From assembly GCA_003566995.1 (NCBI GenBank), contig PXBG01000120.1, forward strand, positions 16,470 to 80,469: a DNA stretch of 64,000 nt, in the 5' to 3' direction. Positions 29,330-40,050 of the stretch are shown one piece after another. Position 1 is the stretch's first letter. Each line of letters starts with the position of its first letter. The DNA comes from Syntrophobacteraceae bacterium. Lineage in GTDB: Bacteria > Desulfobacterota > Syntrophobacteria > Syntrophobacterales > Syntrophobacteraceae. The position numbers were made by a program, and so were the translations under genes. The notes under the pieces are model-generated. The model saw only the letters and a list, made by a program, of their open reading frames with translations, was not told where the DNA came from and made no database searches.

Positions 29330-30499
29330 GTGGATTACTTCCTGACCGAAGAACAGAAAATGATTCAGGAGTTGGCGTATCAGATCGCCAGGGAAAAGAT
29401 CAGGCCCGTCAAAGGGGAGTTGGACGAGGGTGAGGAGTTCCCGTGGGAGATCATGACCGTGCTGGCCCAGTCCGATCTTTTTGGCCTCTACATTCCTGAA
29501 GAATACGGAGGAATGGGAGGCGGCATTCTCGAAAACTGCCTGGCCATCGAGCAGCTGGCAAGAGAATGCATCGGCATCGCCACTTCCTTTGCAGCCAGCG
29601 GCCTGGGAGCCTACCCCATTCTCCTTCACGGAAGCGAAGAACTGAAACAGGAATACCTTCCTCAAATCGCAAGCGGAAAAAGGCTTGCCGCGTTTGGCCT
29701 CACGGAATCGGGAGCGGGCAGCGATGTGTCGGGCATTCAGACCACCGCGGTCAAAGACGGCGACCATTACATTCTCAACGGAACCAAACAGTGGATCACC
29801 AACGGGGGAGAGTCGGAAATATATTCCGTCCTGGCCATCACCGACCGCACCAAAGGTCCCCGAGGCGCCACCTTCTTTGTGGTGGAAAAGGACGATCCTG
29901 GATTCTCCTTTGGAAAAAAGGAAAAGAAACTGGGCATCCGGGCATCTTCCACACGGGAGTTGGTCTTTCAGGACTGCCGCATTCACAAGGACCGGATGAT
30001 CGGAAGAGAGGGCACAGGCTTCATCGCCGCCATGAAAACCTTCGACAAGTCCCGCCCCGGCATTGCCGCCCTGGGAGTGGGACTTTCACAGGGCGCACTG
30101 GACATTTCCGCCGAATACGCCCGAAAGCGCGTCCAGTTCGGCAAACCCATCATCAGCTTTCAGGCCATTCAGCACAAGCTGGCCGACATGGCCACCAGAA
30201 CGGAAGCATCCAGAGCCCTCGTCTACGCCACCGCAAGACACATGGACATGGATCCCCCCGATTCGAGCAAGGTCGCGGCCATGTGCAAACTTTTCGCGGG
30301 GGATGTGGCCATGCAGGTGTCCACGGAGGCCGTCCAGATCCTTGGAGGATACGGCTACATGCAGGATTATCCCGTGGAAAAGATGATGCGGGATGCCAAA
30401 ATTCTTCAGATCTATGAAGGGACCAACGAGATACAAAGAAACATCATCGGCCAGGAACTGAACAAGGAATATGGGCGCAAGAAGGACACCTTTTTCTAA
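29330..30499 (+). CDS. Acyl-CoA dehydrogenase (short/medium-chain, butyryl-CoA dehydrogenase-like)
   Basis: GTG start after GAGGAG. Typical ACAD sequence (FGLTESGAGSDVSGIQTTA, QILGGYGYMQDYPVEKMMRDAKILQIYEGTNEIQ). Confidence 0.9.
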   Translation: MDYFLTEEQKMIQELAYQIAREKIRPVKGELDEGEEFPWEIMTVLAQSDLFGLYIPEEYGGMGGGILENCLAIEQLARECIGIATSFAASGLGAYPILLHGSEELKQEYLPQIASGKRLAAFGLTESGAGSDVSGIQTTAVKDGDHYILNGTKQWITNGGESEIYSVLAITDRTKGPRGATFFVVEKDDPGFSFGKKEKKLGIRASSTRELVFQDCRIHKDRMIGREGTGFIAAMKTFDKSRPGIAALGVGLSQGALDISAEYARKRVQFGKPIISFQAIQHKLADMATRTEASRALVYATARHMDMDPPDSSKVAAMCKLFAGDVAMQVSTEAVQILGGYGYMQDYPVEKMMRDAKILQIYEGTNEIQRNIIGQELNKEYGRKKDTFF

Positions 30500-30526
30500 T
30501 TTTCCGCCAGGGAAAAGGATGAGCAC

Positions 30527-31318
30527 ATGCACATCGTCGTTTGCATCAAACAGGTCCCCGACACAAAGAATGTCCGCATAGACCCCGACACACACACCCT
30601 CGTGCGACAGGGCGTGGAGAGCATCGTCAACCCCTTCGACCTCTTTGCCGTGGAAGCGGCCCTCAAGCTCAAGGATGTGAATGAAGCCAAAATCACGGTG
30701 ATCACCATGGGGCCTCCCCAGGCCAGTGAAGCCCTTCGTGACGTCATGTCCCGTGGAGTGGATGAAGCCATTCTGCTGAGCGACCGTGCCTTTGCCGGTT
30801 CCGACACCTGGGCCACATCCACCACCCTCGCCGCAGCCGTCAGAAAGATGGGCGATGTGGACCTGATCTTGTGCGGCAAACAGGCCATCGATGGAGACAC
30901 GGCCCAGGTGGGCCCTGAAATGGCCACTCTTCTGGACATTCCCTACGCCACTTTCGTGAAAGCCATCGACATCCCGGACACGAACCACCTGAAGGTCTCC
31001 CGTCAGACAGACGAAGGGACCGAAGTGTGGAAAATTCCCAAGCCCTGCCTTCTCACGGTGATCAAAGAGGTGGGTGAACCCAGGCTTCCCTCGTTGCGTC
31101 ACAAGATGCGCGCCAAAAAAGCCCAAATACCCAGCTGGGGAATAGCAGAGCTGGGGCTGGAGCCGGAAGAGGTTGGACTCAGCGGTTCCTTCACACAGGT
31201 GGTCCGGGTCTTCAGTCCGCCCGTTCGCGATGACCGCGTGATCATCGAAGGAACTGTGGCGGAGCAGGCGGAGCAACTCTATAATCTTCTGAAAGAAGCC
31301 AAGGTGCCAGGGATATGA
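30527..31318 (+). CDS. etfB: Electron transfer flavoprotein beta subunit
   Basis: MHIVVCIKQVPDT... typical EtfB N-terminus. ATGA overlap with etfA. Confidence 0.9.
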   Translation: MHIVVCIKQVPDTKNVRIDPDTHTLVRQGVESIVNPFDLFAVEAALKLKDVNEAKITVITMGPPQASEALRDVMSRGVDEAILLSDRAFAGSDTWATSTTLAAAVRKMGDVDLILCGKQAIDGDTAQVGPEMATLLDIPYATFVKAIDIPDTNHLKVSRQTDEGTEVWKIPKPCLLTVIKEVGEPRLPSLRHKMRAKKAQIPSWGIAELGLEPEEVGLSGSFTQVVRVFSPPVRDDRVIIEGTVAEQAEQLYNLLKEAKVPGI

Positions 31319-32511
31319 AAGCCATCGTCGACCATCAAAAGTGCACGGCCTGCGGCGTTTGCGTAGACGTCTGCCCCTTTGAAGCCATCACCCTCCAAGA
31401 GACCATCCTGGAAATATCCGATGAGTGCACCCTCTGTGGCATGTGTGTGGACACCTGCGAATTTGGAGCCCTGTCCATGCCCGAAGTGGGTTCGGGGCCC
31501 GATGTGGATCTCTCCGCCCACAGGGGGATCTGGGTTTTCGCCGAATGGCGCGAGGGAACCGTACACAAGGTGAGCCATGAACTGATCAGTGCGGGGCGAA
31601 AGCTGGCCGACAAAAAAGGCACCGATCTTTCCGCCGTGCTCCTGGGCCACAACCTGGACCCGGACCTCTTTCAGGAACTGATCGCTCACGGCGCCGACGT
31701 TGTTTACGCCGTCGACCACCCCGAACTGGCCCACTTTCGTGATGAAACTTACTCCCAGGCACTTGCAGAACTCGCTCGCAGAAAAAAACCCGAGATCCTT
31801 CTGGCAGGGGCCACGAGCATGGGAAGATCTTTCGTTCCCCGCGTGGCGGCTTTGCTGAGAACGGGCCTCACGGCAGACTGTACCGAACTGGACATGAGCG
31901 ATGAAGGACTCCTCCTGCAGACCCGTCCCGCCTTTGGTGGCAACGTCATGGCCACCATCGTCTGTCCCCATCGCCGTCCCCAGATGGCCACCGTCCGCCC
32001 CAAGGTCATGAAAACGGAAAAGGTACCCGGCCATGAGGGAAGAGTGGAGACGGTGGACCTGCCTGAGAGCACGTTCCAGAGCAGGGTCGAGGTGCTGGAG
32101 GTTCTTCTTGAAACGGATCAGACAGCCAAGCTCACGGAAGCTGATGTGATCGTTTCGGGGGGTCGGGGGTTGCGCAAGGGAGAAAACTTCACCCTCATCG
32201 AAGAAGTGGCAAAACTTTTCAAAGGTGCCGTGGGAGCGTCACGGGGCGCGGTGGAAGAGGGCTGGATGCCACCTTCGCACCAGGTAGGACAGACAGGGCG
32301 CACTGTGGCCCCCAATCTCTATGTCGCTGTGGGCCTCGCAGGAGCCATACAGCATGTTGTGGGCATGCAGGGTTCCAAAATCATCGTGGCCGTGAACAAA
32401 GACCCGCAAGCTCCCATTTTTGACATCGCCACGTACGGCGTGGTGGCCGATCTCTTTGAATTCGTTCCGGCCCTGGTGAAAAAAATCAAACAGGAACAGG
32501 GCCTGGCCTGA
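31315..32511 (+). CDS. etfA: Electron transfer flavoprotein alpha subunit with N-terminal ferredoxin-type domain
   Basis: Two Cys clusters (CTACGVCVDVCP, CTLCGMCVDTCE) in the first 55 aa, followed by EtfA sequence (SGGRGL, QVGQTGRTVAPNLYVAVGLAGAIQH). Confidence 0.88.
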   Translation: MKAIVDHQKCTACGVCVDVCPFEAITLQETILEISDECTLCGMCVDTCEFGALSMPEVGSGPDVDLSAHRGIWVFAEWREGTVHKVSHELISAGRKLADKKGTDLSAVLLGHNLDPDLFQELIAHGADVVYAVDHPELAHFRDETYSQALAELARRKKPEILLAGATSMGRSFVPRVAALLRTGLTADCTELDMSDEGLLLQTRPAFGGNVMATIVCPHRRPQMATVRPKVMKTEKVPGHEGRVETVDLPESTFQSRVEVLEVLLETDQTAKLTEADVIVSGGRGLRKGENFTLIEEVAKLFKGAVGASRGAVEEGWMPPSHQVGQTGRTVAPNLYVAVGLAGAIQHVVGMQGSKIIVAVNKDPQAPIFDIATYGVVADLFEFVPALVKKIKQEQGLA

Positions 32512-32698
32512 ACCCCATGTGTCCGAGGGATAGGGGGCACCCCCTGTTTTTCCCCTTGAGCAGGGAGTGCTGAAAGCGCCAAAGGCTTCGGTGCGTTTTT
32601 CCCTCACGCCCCCCATCTCTCTTGCACGGATGAGGCAAAGGCGAAGGGAAAACGTTTTTGAAGACGACCCCGGAAATCACATGGAGGGAGTTGATTCT

Positions 32699-33442
32699 AT
32701 GAGCGAAAAAAAAGTGGTTGCAGTCACGGGAGCCAGCCGGGGCATCGGAAGAGCCATCGCCGTGGCGCTGGCAGCACCGGGTGTGGATGTGATCATCAAC
32801 TTCAATTCCAACCCCGATGCCGCCAGGGAGACTGCGGACGCAGTGCAGGCGAAGGGAGGAGCGCCTCACCTTCAGCCCTTCAACATCTCAGACCCGGAAG
32901 AGGTCAAAGAAGCCTTCAAAAGCATCAGCAAGAATCATGGACGAGTGGACGTCCTGGTGAACAACGCGGGCATCACTCGCGACAACCTGCTGGCTCTCAT
33001 GAAACTGCCCGAATGGGATGCGGTCCTGGACACCAACCTCAAGGGCGCTTTTCTCTGTTCTCAAGCGGTGGTGAAAACCATGATGCGCCAGAAGTACGGG
33101 CGCATCGTCAACGTCACCTCCGTGGTCGGGGTCACCGGAAACGCGGGGCAGTCCAATTACGCGGCAGCCAAGGCGGGCATCATCGGCTTCACCAGGTCCC
33201 TGGCACGTGAACTCATTTCAAGAAACATCACGGTCAATGCCGTGGCCCCAGGTTACATAGAGACGGACATGACTCATGAACTGCCCGAGAAAGCCCGAAA
33301 GCTTCTCATAGATCAGATTCCCGCCGGCCGCATCGGGACTCCCCAGGAGGTGGCATCAGCCGTCGCTTATCTGGCCTCCCCTGAAGCGTCTTATATCACC
33401 GGCCAGGTCATTCACGTGAACGGGGGAATGTTCATGGGTTGA
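32699..33442 (+). CDS. fabG: 3-oxoacyl-(ACP) reductase-type SDR
   Basis: MSEKKVVAVTGASRGIGRAIA, NNAGIT, YAAAKAG, HVNGGM. ATG at 32699 is preceded by GGAGGGAG. Confidence 0.85.
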   Translation: MSEKKVVAVTGASRGIGRAIAVALAAPGVDVIINFNSNPDAARETADAVQAKGGAPHLQPFNISDPEEVKEAFKSISKNHGRVDVLVNNAGITRDNLLALMKLPEWDAVLDTNLKGAFLCSQAVVKTMMRQKYGRIVNVTSVVGVTGNAGQSNYAAAKAGIIGFTRSLARELISRNITVNAVAPGYIETDMTHELPEKARKLLIDQIPAGRIGTPQEVASAVAYLASPEASYITGQVIHVNGGMFMG

Positions 33443-33541
33443 TTCTTTTCCTGCTCCGTTCCAACTGGCCGTCGCCATGGCTGTATCCAACGGGGGGCCG
33501 GCTGCCTCCGCATCATCAGTAAGGAATGCTGGGAGAACCAT

Positions 33542-34798
33542 ATGGAATCCAAACCACCTCGTCGTGTTGTCGTCACAGGAATAGGCATCCTCTCTCCTGT
33601 GGGAATAGGCATGGAAGAAAACTGGTCCAACCTGCTGGCGGGAAAATCCGGCATCGGGCCCATCACCAGCTTCGACCCAACGGATTGCGCCTCAAAAATA
33701 GCCGGGGAGGTGAAGAACTTTCACCCCGAAGACTTCATTCCCAAAAAGGACCTTCGCAAGATGGATCCTTTCCTGTGCCTGTCCCTGGGAGCCTCACGCC
33801 AGGCTTTCGAAGACAGCGGCCTCAAAATCTCCGATGACCTGTCTCCCCGGGTCGGAGTGTTCATGGGCTGCGGCCTCGGCGGTCTCAACACCATTGAAGA
33901 CACACACAAAACCCTCCTGTCCAATGGAGCCAAGCGCGTGAGCCCCTTTTTCATTCCCATGCTCATCGGCAACATGGCTCCTGGCCTCATATCCATCCAC
34001 CACAATGCCCGGGGACCCAATCTGGCCGTACAGACCGCCTGCGCCGCAGGCACGCATGCCGTGGGACAGGCCTTTCACATGATACGAAGCGGAATGGCGG
34101 ACGCCATGGCAACAGGGGGCGTGGAGTCGGTGGTGACACGTTTGTGCGTGGCGGGATTCAGTGCCATGAGAGCTCTCTCCACGCGAAACCATGAACCCGA
34201 GAAGGCCTCAAGGCCCTTTGAAAGAGACCGTGACGGGTTCGTGCTCGGCGAAGGGGCAGCGGTGCTGATCCTCGAATCGCTGGAAATGGCCCTGGAACGA
34301 GGTGCAAAAATCTATGCGGAGGTCGTGGGCTTTGGAGCTTCCGGAGACGCCCATCACATGGCCGCCCCCGCCCCCGAGGGAGAAGGCGCCGCCCGATGCA
34401 TGCTCGCGGCCCTCGAAGATGCGGACATCGCCCCTCATGAGGTCCAATACATCAATGCTCACGGCACATCCACTGACCTCAATGACAAGTATGAAACGCA
34501 GGCCATCAAGACGGTTTTCGGAGACCATGCCCACAAGATGGGCGTCAGCTCCACCAAATCCATGACCGGTCATCTCCTGGGCGCTGCGGGAGGCGTGGAA
34601 GCAGCCTACACGGTGCTGACCCTCCAAAGCGGAATCATGCCACCCACCACGAATTATGACAATCCCGACCCGGACTGCGATCTGGACTATGTGCCCAACA
34701 AGGCCCGAAGCACCCCCATGGAGTTTGCACTCTCCAATTCCTTTGGCTTTGGGGGAACCAACGGGACGCTCGTCTTCAAAAAGTGGTCGGGCAAATAG
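33542..34798 (+). CDS. fabF: Beta-ketoacyl-(ACP) synthase II
   Basis: RRVVVTGIGILSP, TACAAG active-site Cys context, NAHGTST, SNSFGFGGTN. Confidence 0.9.
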   Translation: MESKPPRRVVVTGIGILSPVGIGMEENWSNLLAGKSGIGPITSFDPTDCASKIAGEVKNFHPEDFIPKKDLRKMDPFLCLSLGASRQAFEDSGLKISDDLSPRVGVFMGCGLGGLNTIEDTHKTLLSNGAKRVSPFFIPMLIGNMAPGLISIHHNARGPNLAVQTACAAGTHAVGQAFHMIRSGMADAMATGGVESVVTRLCVAGFSAMRALSTRNHEPEKASRPFERDRDGFVLGEGAAVLILESLEMALERGAKIYAEVVGFGASGDAHHMAAPAPEGEGAARCMLAALEDADIAPHEVQYINAHGTSTDLNDKYETQAIKTVFGDHAHKMGVSSTKSMTGHLLGAAGGVEAAYTVLTLQSGIMPPTTNYDNPDPDCDLDYVPNKARSTPMEFALSNSFGFGGTNGTLVFKKWSGK

Positions 34799-35002
34799 CT
34801 TTCAGGCAATAATGATGGCCCTCATTTTCAAAGTCAGTTCAATTGATTATGATACCCGAAGCAAGGGTTGGCAGCGGGAGAGGATCTGCACGGGACCCGC
34901 GGGCATGAAAGAACGCCGTGAAGGCAGAAAGGCTTCAACACACCCTTGAATGCTTTCGGAACGCAGGACTTCGATAACCGTTTTGACAAATAAAAGGTTG
35001 GT

Positions 35003-35461
35003 ATGAAGATCATCGTCGGATGCGATCATGGGGGCTATGAACTCAAAGAGAAAATTCTTCCCCGGCTGAGAGCGCTCAATCACGAAGTCCAGGACATTGG
35101 AGTCCACAGCACGGAATCGGTGGATTATCCACCCTATGCGGGCCAGGTCGCAAAAGCGGTGGCTGCGGGAAAAGCCGATAGGGGCATACTTCTGTGCGGC
35201 AGCGGAATCGGCATGTGCATGGCGGCCAACCGCACTCCCGGTGTGCGAGCCGTACAGGTTTCCGAGCCCTTCGCCGCCAGGATGAGCCGCCGTCACAACG
35301 ACAGCAATGTTTTGTGCCTTGGAGGACGGTTCATTGGCCTCGACATGGCCATGGAAATTCTTGAAACATGGCTCAGCGAGCCCTTCGAAGGAGGGCGTCA
35401 CCAGAAACGCGTGCAGATGATCGAAGAGTTCAGTCACCCCAAGGGCGGTGAAAGCACCTGA
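35003..35461 (+). CDS. rpiB: Ribose-5-phosphate isomerase B
   Basis: MKIIVGCDHGGYELKE..., LLCGSGIGMCMAANR. Confidence 0.9.
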   Translation: MKIIVGCDHGGYELKEKILPRLRALNHEVQDIGVHSTESVDYPPYAGQVAKAVAAGKADRGILLCGSGIGMCMAANRTPGVRAVQVSEPFAARMSRRHNDSNVLCLGGRFIGLDMAMEILETWLSEPFEGGRHQKRVQMIEEFSHPKGGEST

Positions 35462-35513
35462 TTCAAAACTTCAACCCCATTCACAGTTGAACCATTCATG
35501 AAAGGTTAAGGGA

Positions 35514-36794
35514 ATGTCCCACATCGAGCGCATAGATCCTGAAATTGCCCGACTCATCTCACTGGAAGCGCAGCGCCAGAAAACCAAGCTCGAACTCATT
35601 GCTTCGGAAAATTTTGTGAGCGAAGCCGTGCGCGAAGCTCAGGGATCTGTTCTCACCAACAAGTACGCCGAAGGATATCCGGGAAGAAGGTACTATGGCG
35701 GATGCGAGTTCGTGGACTCCGTTGAAACCCTTGCTCAGGAGAGGGCCAAAAAGCTTTTTGGAGCAGAGTACGTCAATGTTCAGCCCCATTCCGGATCTCA
35801 GGCCAATATGGGAGCCTACTTTGCCGTCCTCAAGCCCGGCGACACCATTCTGGGCATGGACCTGAGCCAGGGAGGGCACCTCACCCACGGCAGCCCCGTG
35901 AGTTTTTCCGGAAAACTCTTCAAGGTCATTTCCTACGGACTGCGAAAGGACAATGAAGAAATCGACTACGATCAGCTCCGTGCCCTGGCCGCCGAGCATC
36001 GTCCCAAAATGATCGTCGCGGGTGCAAGCGCCTATCCGCGCGTCATTGATTTTGCAAAATTCCGGGAGATTGCCGAGGAGGCGCAGGCCTGCCTCATGGT
36101 GGACATGGCTCACATTGCAGGCCTCGTGAGCGCGGGCGTCCACCCGAGTCCCATTCCCCATGCCCACTTTGTCACCTCCACAACCCACAAGACTCTGAGG
36201 GGACCCAGGGGCGGCCTCATTCTTGCGCGCCAGGAATTCGCGAAAACCCTGAACAGCCAGATTTTTCCCGGCATTCAGGGAGGCCCCCTCATGCATGTCA
36301 TTGCCGCCAAAGCCGTCGCTTTTCAGGAGGCTCTTCAGCCCTCTTTCGTGGAATACCAGGAACGGGTGGTCGCCAACAGCCGCACGCTGGCCCGTGAACT
36401 CATGAACTACGGCTACCGGCTGGTGTCGGGAGGAACGGACAACCACCTCATGCTGGTGAATCTGACACCTCAGGGGCTCACGGGAAAAATCGCCGAAGAG
36501 ACACTGGACCAGGCCGGAGTCACCGTGAACAAAAACGCCATCCCTTTTGACACGCAGAAGCCCCAGATCACCAGCGGCATACGAATCGGCACACCCGCCA
36601 TCACCACCCGGGGCATGAAGCCTGAGGACATGAAGACAGTGGCGAGAATCATCCATGAAGCTCTGCAATCGGTGGGTGACGATAAAAAGCTCAAAAGCCT
36701 CAAGGCAGAGGTGTCGGACTTTTGCTCAAATTTTTCCATCTATGAAAACATGGAACAGCAGAGAAAGCGGAGCAAAGGTTCGCAGGCCGGATAG
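35514..36794 (+). CDS. glyA: Serine hydroxymethyltransferase
   Basis: [36 protein letters not shown]. Confidence 0.95.
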   Translation: MSHIERIDPEIARLISLEAQRQKTKLELIASENFVSEAVREAQGSVLTNKYAEGYPGRRYYGGCEFVDSVETLAQERAKKLFGAEYVNVQPHSGSQANMGAYFAVLKPGDTILGMDLSQGGHLTHGSPVSFSGKLFKVISYGLRKDNEEIDYDQLRALAAEHRPKMIVAGASAYPRVIDFAKFREIAEEAQACLMVDMAHIAGLVSAGVHPSPIPHAHFVTSTTHKTLRGPRGGLILARQEFAKTLNSQIFPGIQGGPLMHVIAAKAVAFQEALQPSFVEYQERVVANSRTLARELMNYGYRLVSGGTDNHLMLVNLTPQGLTGKIAEETLDQAGVTVNKNAIPFDTQKPQITSGIRIGTPAITTRGMKPEDMKTVARIIHEALQSVGDDKKLKSLKAEVSDFCSNFSIYENMEQQRKRSKGSQAG

Positions 36795-36797
36795 ACA

Positions 36798-37949
36798 ATG
36801 TCCCGTTCACAAAGAATTGCCCCCATGGACCAGGGCGCCGAGCAAGACCGGAAGCACATGCGCAAAGCTCTTCAGCTGGCCGTCAAAGGTTCAGGCCTCA
36901 CGAGCCCCAACCCTCTGGTGGGTTCGGTGGTGGTTCACCGGAATGCCGTGGTGGGAAGGGGCTTTCATGAGAGAGTGGGAGGTCCTCACGGGGAAATCAA
37001 TGCCCTCAGAGACGCAGGCCCTGAAGCCGCCGGTTCCACGCTCTACGTGACCCTGGAACCCTGCAATCATTTCGGCCGCCCCCCCCCCTGCACTCAAGCC
37101 ATTCTTGAGGCAGGAGTCAGCCGCGTGGTCATTGGCATGATGGATCCCAACCCGAAAGTGGAGGGAGGCGGAGCCTCCTTCCTTGAGCAACAGGGAATTT
37201 CCGTCACCCGCCATGTGCTCGAAGAGGAGTGCCGGCAGCAAAATCAGGCTTTCATCAAACACACGATCACAGGAATTCCCCACGTGACCCTGAAAGCGGC
37301 CTCCACGCTGGACGGGCGTATCGCCACACGCACGGGAGACTCCCGCTGGATCACCAACGAGGAATCAAGAGGTTTCGTTCACAAGCTTCGCGCAGATCTG
37401 GATGCCATCCTGGTTGGAATCGGAACGGTTCTCGCTGACGATCCCCGCTTGACAGCCCGCCTTTCCCCGGCAGTTCCCGTTCGGCAACCCGTTCGTGTTG
37501 TGGTGGATTCCCTCTTGAAAATCCCATTTCAGTCCCAACTCATTCAGACGGCCAGGGATGTTCCTGTGTGGATTGCCTGCGGTGAGGAAGCGCCCGGCGA
37601 CCGGGAGAAACAGCTCATCGACTCAGGAGCCCGGGTGGTGCGCCTCCCACTTCAAAACAGCCGCGTCAGCCTGAAGGCCCTTGTGGAAGAGTTGGGAAAG
37701 CAGTCCGTGACCAGCGTCCTTGTGGAGGGAGGTTCACAAATTCTTGGAGCCTTCATCGAGGAGGGGCTTGCGGATGTTTTTCATTTTTTCTTTGCCCCCA
37801 AAATCCTGTGCGACCACGAAGGTATTCCCATGATTCGGGGAAAATCCAGAGAAAAAATGGCGGAAGCCATTCCAGCCCATGGCATGCAAGTCCACTGTTT
37901 TGGCGAGGACGTGATGCTCTCGGGACGGTTCCAAGAGAAACCGTATTAG
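36798..37949 (+). CDS. ribD: Bifunctional riboflavin biosynthesis deaminase/reductase
   Basis: HMRKALQLAVKGSGLTSPNPLVGSVVV, HGEINAL, LEPCNHFGRPPPC. The start may be the internal ATG at 36825. Confidence 0.9.
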   Translation: MSRSQRIAPMDQGAEQDRKHMRKALQLAVKGSGLTSPNPLVGSVVVHRNAVVGRGFHERVGGPHGEINALRDAGPEAAGSTLYVTLEPCNHFGRPPPCTQAILEAGVSRVVIGMMDPNPKVEGGGASFLEQQGISVTRHVLEEECRQQNQAFIKHTITGIPHVTLKAASTLDGRIATRTGDSRWITNEESRGFVHKLRADLDAILVGIGTVLADDPRLTARLSPAVPVRQPVRVVVDSLLKIPFQSQLIQTARDVPVWIACGEEAPGDREKQLIDSGARVVRLPLQNSRVSLKALVEELGKQSVTSVLVEGGSQILGAFIEEGLADVFHFFFAPKILCDHEGIPMIRGKSREKMAEAIPAHGMQVHCFGEDVMLSGRFQEKPY

Positions 37950-37955
37950 GAGAAA

Positions 37956-38624
37956 ATGCTCATGTTCACAGGTCTCATCGAGGGCACCGGAACCCTCCTT
38001 CGCATCGATCAAGCGGGAGCCGATGCCCGTATGGTCATCAGGGCCAACTACCCCATGAGTCCCATCGTTCTGGGTGAAAGCATCGCCGTGGATGGCGCAT
38101 GCCTCACGGTCACCTCCTTTGAGGGAAACGTTTTCTCCGTGGATGCGTCCAGGGAGACCCTCAACCGGACCACCCTGGGGAAAAAGAGGGTGGGCCAGGA
38201 GTTCAACCTGGAAAGGGCTCTGCGCCTCGGAGACCGGCTGGGAGGGCACATCGTGAGCGGTCATGTGGACACCATCGGCAAACTCACGGAACGCAAGCGG
38301 GACGGAAAATCCTGGCGCCTCACTTTTCGCATTCCCAAGGAGTTTGACCCCTACGTCATCGAAAAGGGATCCATCGCCATCAATGGGATCAGCCTCACGG
38401 TCAACGGTTGTGCGGAGGGCACTTTTCACGTGAACATCATTCCTCACACAGCCAGGGAGACGACCATCGATGAGCTGCAGCCGGGGGAGGAGGTCAACAT
38501 CGAAACGGATCTCATGGGAAAGTATGTGGAAAAGATGCTCCTCGCCTGGAAACCCCAGGGGGGATCTCCCAAAGGGGGAAAAGCCATCGACATGGCCTTT
38601 CTTGCAAAACACGGCTTTTCATGA
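37956..38624 (+). CDS. ribE: Riboflavin synthase
   Basis: (ML)MFTGLIEGTGTL..., SIAVDGACLTV, SIAINGISLTV duplicated barrel motif. The start may be 37962. Confidence 0.9.
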   Translation: MLMFTGLIEGTGTLLRIDQAGADARMVIRANYPMSPIVLGESIAVDGACLTVTSFEGNVFSVDASRETLNRTTLGKKRVGQEFNLERALRLGDRLGGHIVSGHVDTIGKLTERKRDGKSWRLTFRIPKEFDPYVIEKGSIAINGISLTVNGCAEGTFHVNIIPHTARETTIDELQPGEEVNIETDLMGKYVEKMLLAWKPQGGSPKGGKAIDMAFLAKHGFS

Positions 38625-38822
38625 CCCATGCATCAGCGCGGCGAGACTCCATGGCCGTGAAGCCCTGAAAAATCATTCGCTTTTTCGTGAACCCTTCTTC
38701 GGCAGGGTGAATCACAAACCGAAAACGGTTAAGCTCACTCGCAGACAAAACTCGACTCTGCGGTTCTTTATCCGGGGGCATGAACCCCTTCAATATTTTC
38801 AAGTGAGAAGGAGCAATAAAAA

Positions 38823-40046
38823 ATGCCTGTGGCATCCATTCCCGAAGCCCTGGAAGATATTCGAAAAGGCAAGATGGTCATCCTCGTCGATGACGAAGAC
38901 CGTGAAAACGAAGGCGATCTCTGCATGGCTGCCGAGCTTGTCACCCCTGAGGCCATCAACTTCATGGCCCGGTATGGCCGAGGGCTCATTTGCCTTTCCT
39001 TGACCCCCGAATGGGTTGAACGCCTGGAACTTCCCATGATGGTGAGCCACAATCGATCTCCCTACGAGACAGCTTTCACCATTTCCATAGAAGCCCGTGA
39101 AGGCGTGTCCACAGGGATCAGTGCAGCGGATCGTGCGCACACCATAATCACCGCCATTGGCGACGACGCGAAACCCATGGACCTGGTCAGTCCAGGCCAC
39201 ATTTTTCCCCTCAAATCCCGAAAAGGAGGCGTCCTGGTGCGCACGGGCCAAACGGAGGGATCCGTGGACATTGCACGCCTGGCAGGACTGAAACCGGCGG
39301 GAGTCATCTGCGAAATCATGAAAGACGACGGCACGATGGCCCGCATGCCGGACCTCGTGAGTTTCGCCGAAGAACATGATCTGAAAATCGTGACCGTGGC
39401 GGACATCATCAACTACCGCATGCAGCACGAGATTTTTGTCCACCGGGCCGCAACCACCCTTCTTCCCACCTCCTTTGGCAATGATTTTCAGCTCATCGTC
39501 TACTCCAACGACATCGACGAATACAGTCACCTTGCCCTCGTGAAGGGAGAGATCACCTCAGAGGACGAAGTGCTGGTGCGTGTTCATTCCGAATGCCTCA
39601 CGGGAGACGTCTTCGGATCCCTGCGCTGTGACTGCGGCAGTCAGCTTCGAGCAGCCATGGCTCAGATCGATCGGGAAGGCAAGGGAGTGGTCCTGTACAT
39701 GCGCAACCATGAAGGACGGGGCATTGGAATAGTCAATAAAATCAAGGCTTATGCCCTTCAAGAGCAGGGAATGGACACCGTTGAAGCCAACAAGGCTTTG
39801 GGATTCCGGGAAGATCTGCGAGATTATGGCATCGGCGCGCAAATGCTCGTGGACCTGGGAGTGAAAAAAATGCGCCTTCTCACCAACAATCCCAAAAAGA
39901 TTCGGGGGCTTCAAGGGTACGGCATCACGGTCACCGCCCGCGTGCCCCTGGAAATAGCCCCCAATGAGTGCAACATTGCCTATCTCAAAACCAAATGCGC
40001 CAAGATGGGACATGTTATGAGCTGTTTCATGGACAAAAAGGACTGA
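38823..40046 (+). CDS. ribBA: Bifunctional DHBP synthase / GTP cyclohydrolase II
   Basis: [44 protein letters not shown]. Confidence 0.93.
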   Translation: MPVASIPEALEDIRKGKMVILVDDEDRENEGDLCMAAELVTPEAINFMARYGRGLICLSLTPEWVERLELPMMVSHNRSPYETAFTISIEAREGVSTGISAADRAHTIITAIGDDAKPMDLVSPGHIFPLKSRKGGVLVRTGQTEGSVDIARLAGLKPAGVICEIMKDDGTMARMPDLVSFAEEHDLKIVTVADIINYRMQHEIFVHRAATTLLPTSFGNDFQLIVYSNDIDEYSHLALVKGEITSEDEVLVRVHSECLTGDVFGSLRCDCGSQLRAAMAQIDREGKGVVLYMRNHEGRGIGIVNKIKAYALQEQGMDTVEANKALGFREDLRDYGIGAQMLVDLGVKKMRLLTNNPKKIRGLQGYGITVTARVPLEIAPNECNIAYLKTKCAKMGHVMSCFMDKKD

Positions 40047-40050
40047 GCCT

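Noticed and set aside
34799-35002. Glycine or THF riboswitch upstream of rpiB-glyA (GGGAGAGG and ACCCGAAGCAAGG fragments).
   Set aside because: The fragments are in the wrong order and lack the CACCGAAGGGGCAA / CUCUGGAGAG architecture. There is no convincing aptamer.
38694-38810. FMN (RFN) riboswitch suspected in the ribE-ribBA spacer. CTTCTTCGGCAGGGTGAAT resembles the 5' core CUUCGGGGCAGGGUGAAAUUCCC, and GTGAGAAGGAG resembles the 3' GGGAGAAGGA.
   Set aside because: The P2 closing strand (UUCCC) and the conserved ACCGGCGGUA, GCCGACAGU and AGUCUGGAUG elements are absent, and the region is too short for six helices. The 3' similarity is explained by the SD. At most this is a decayed remnant. 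An Infernal scan would settle it.
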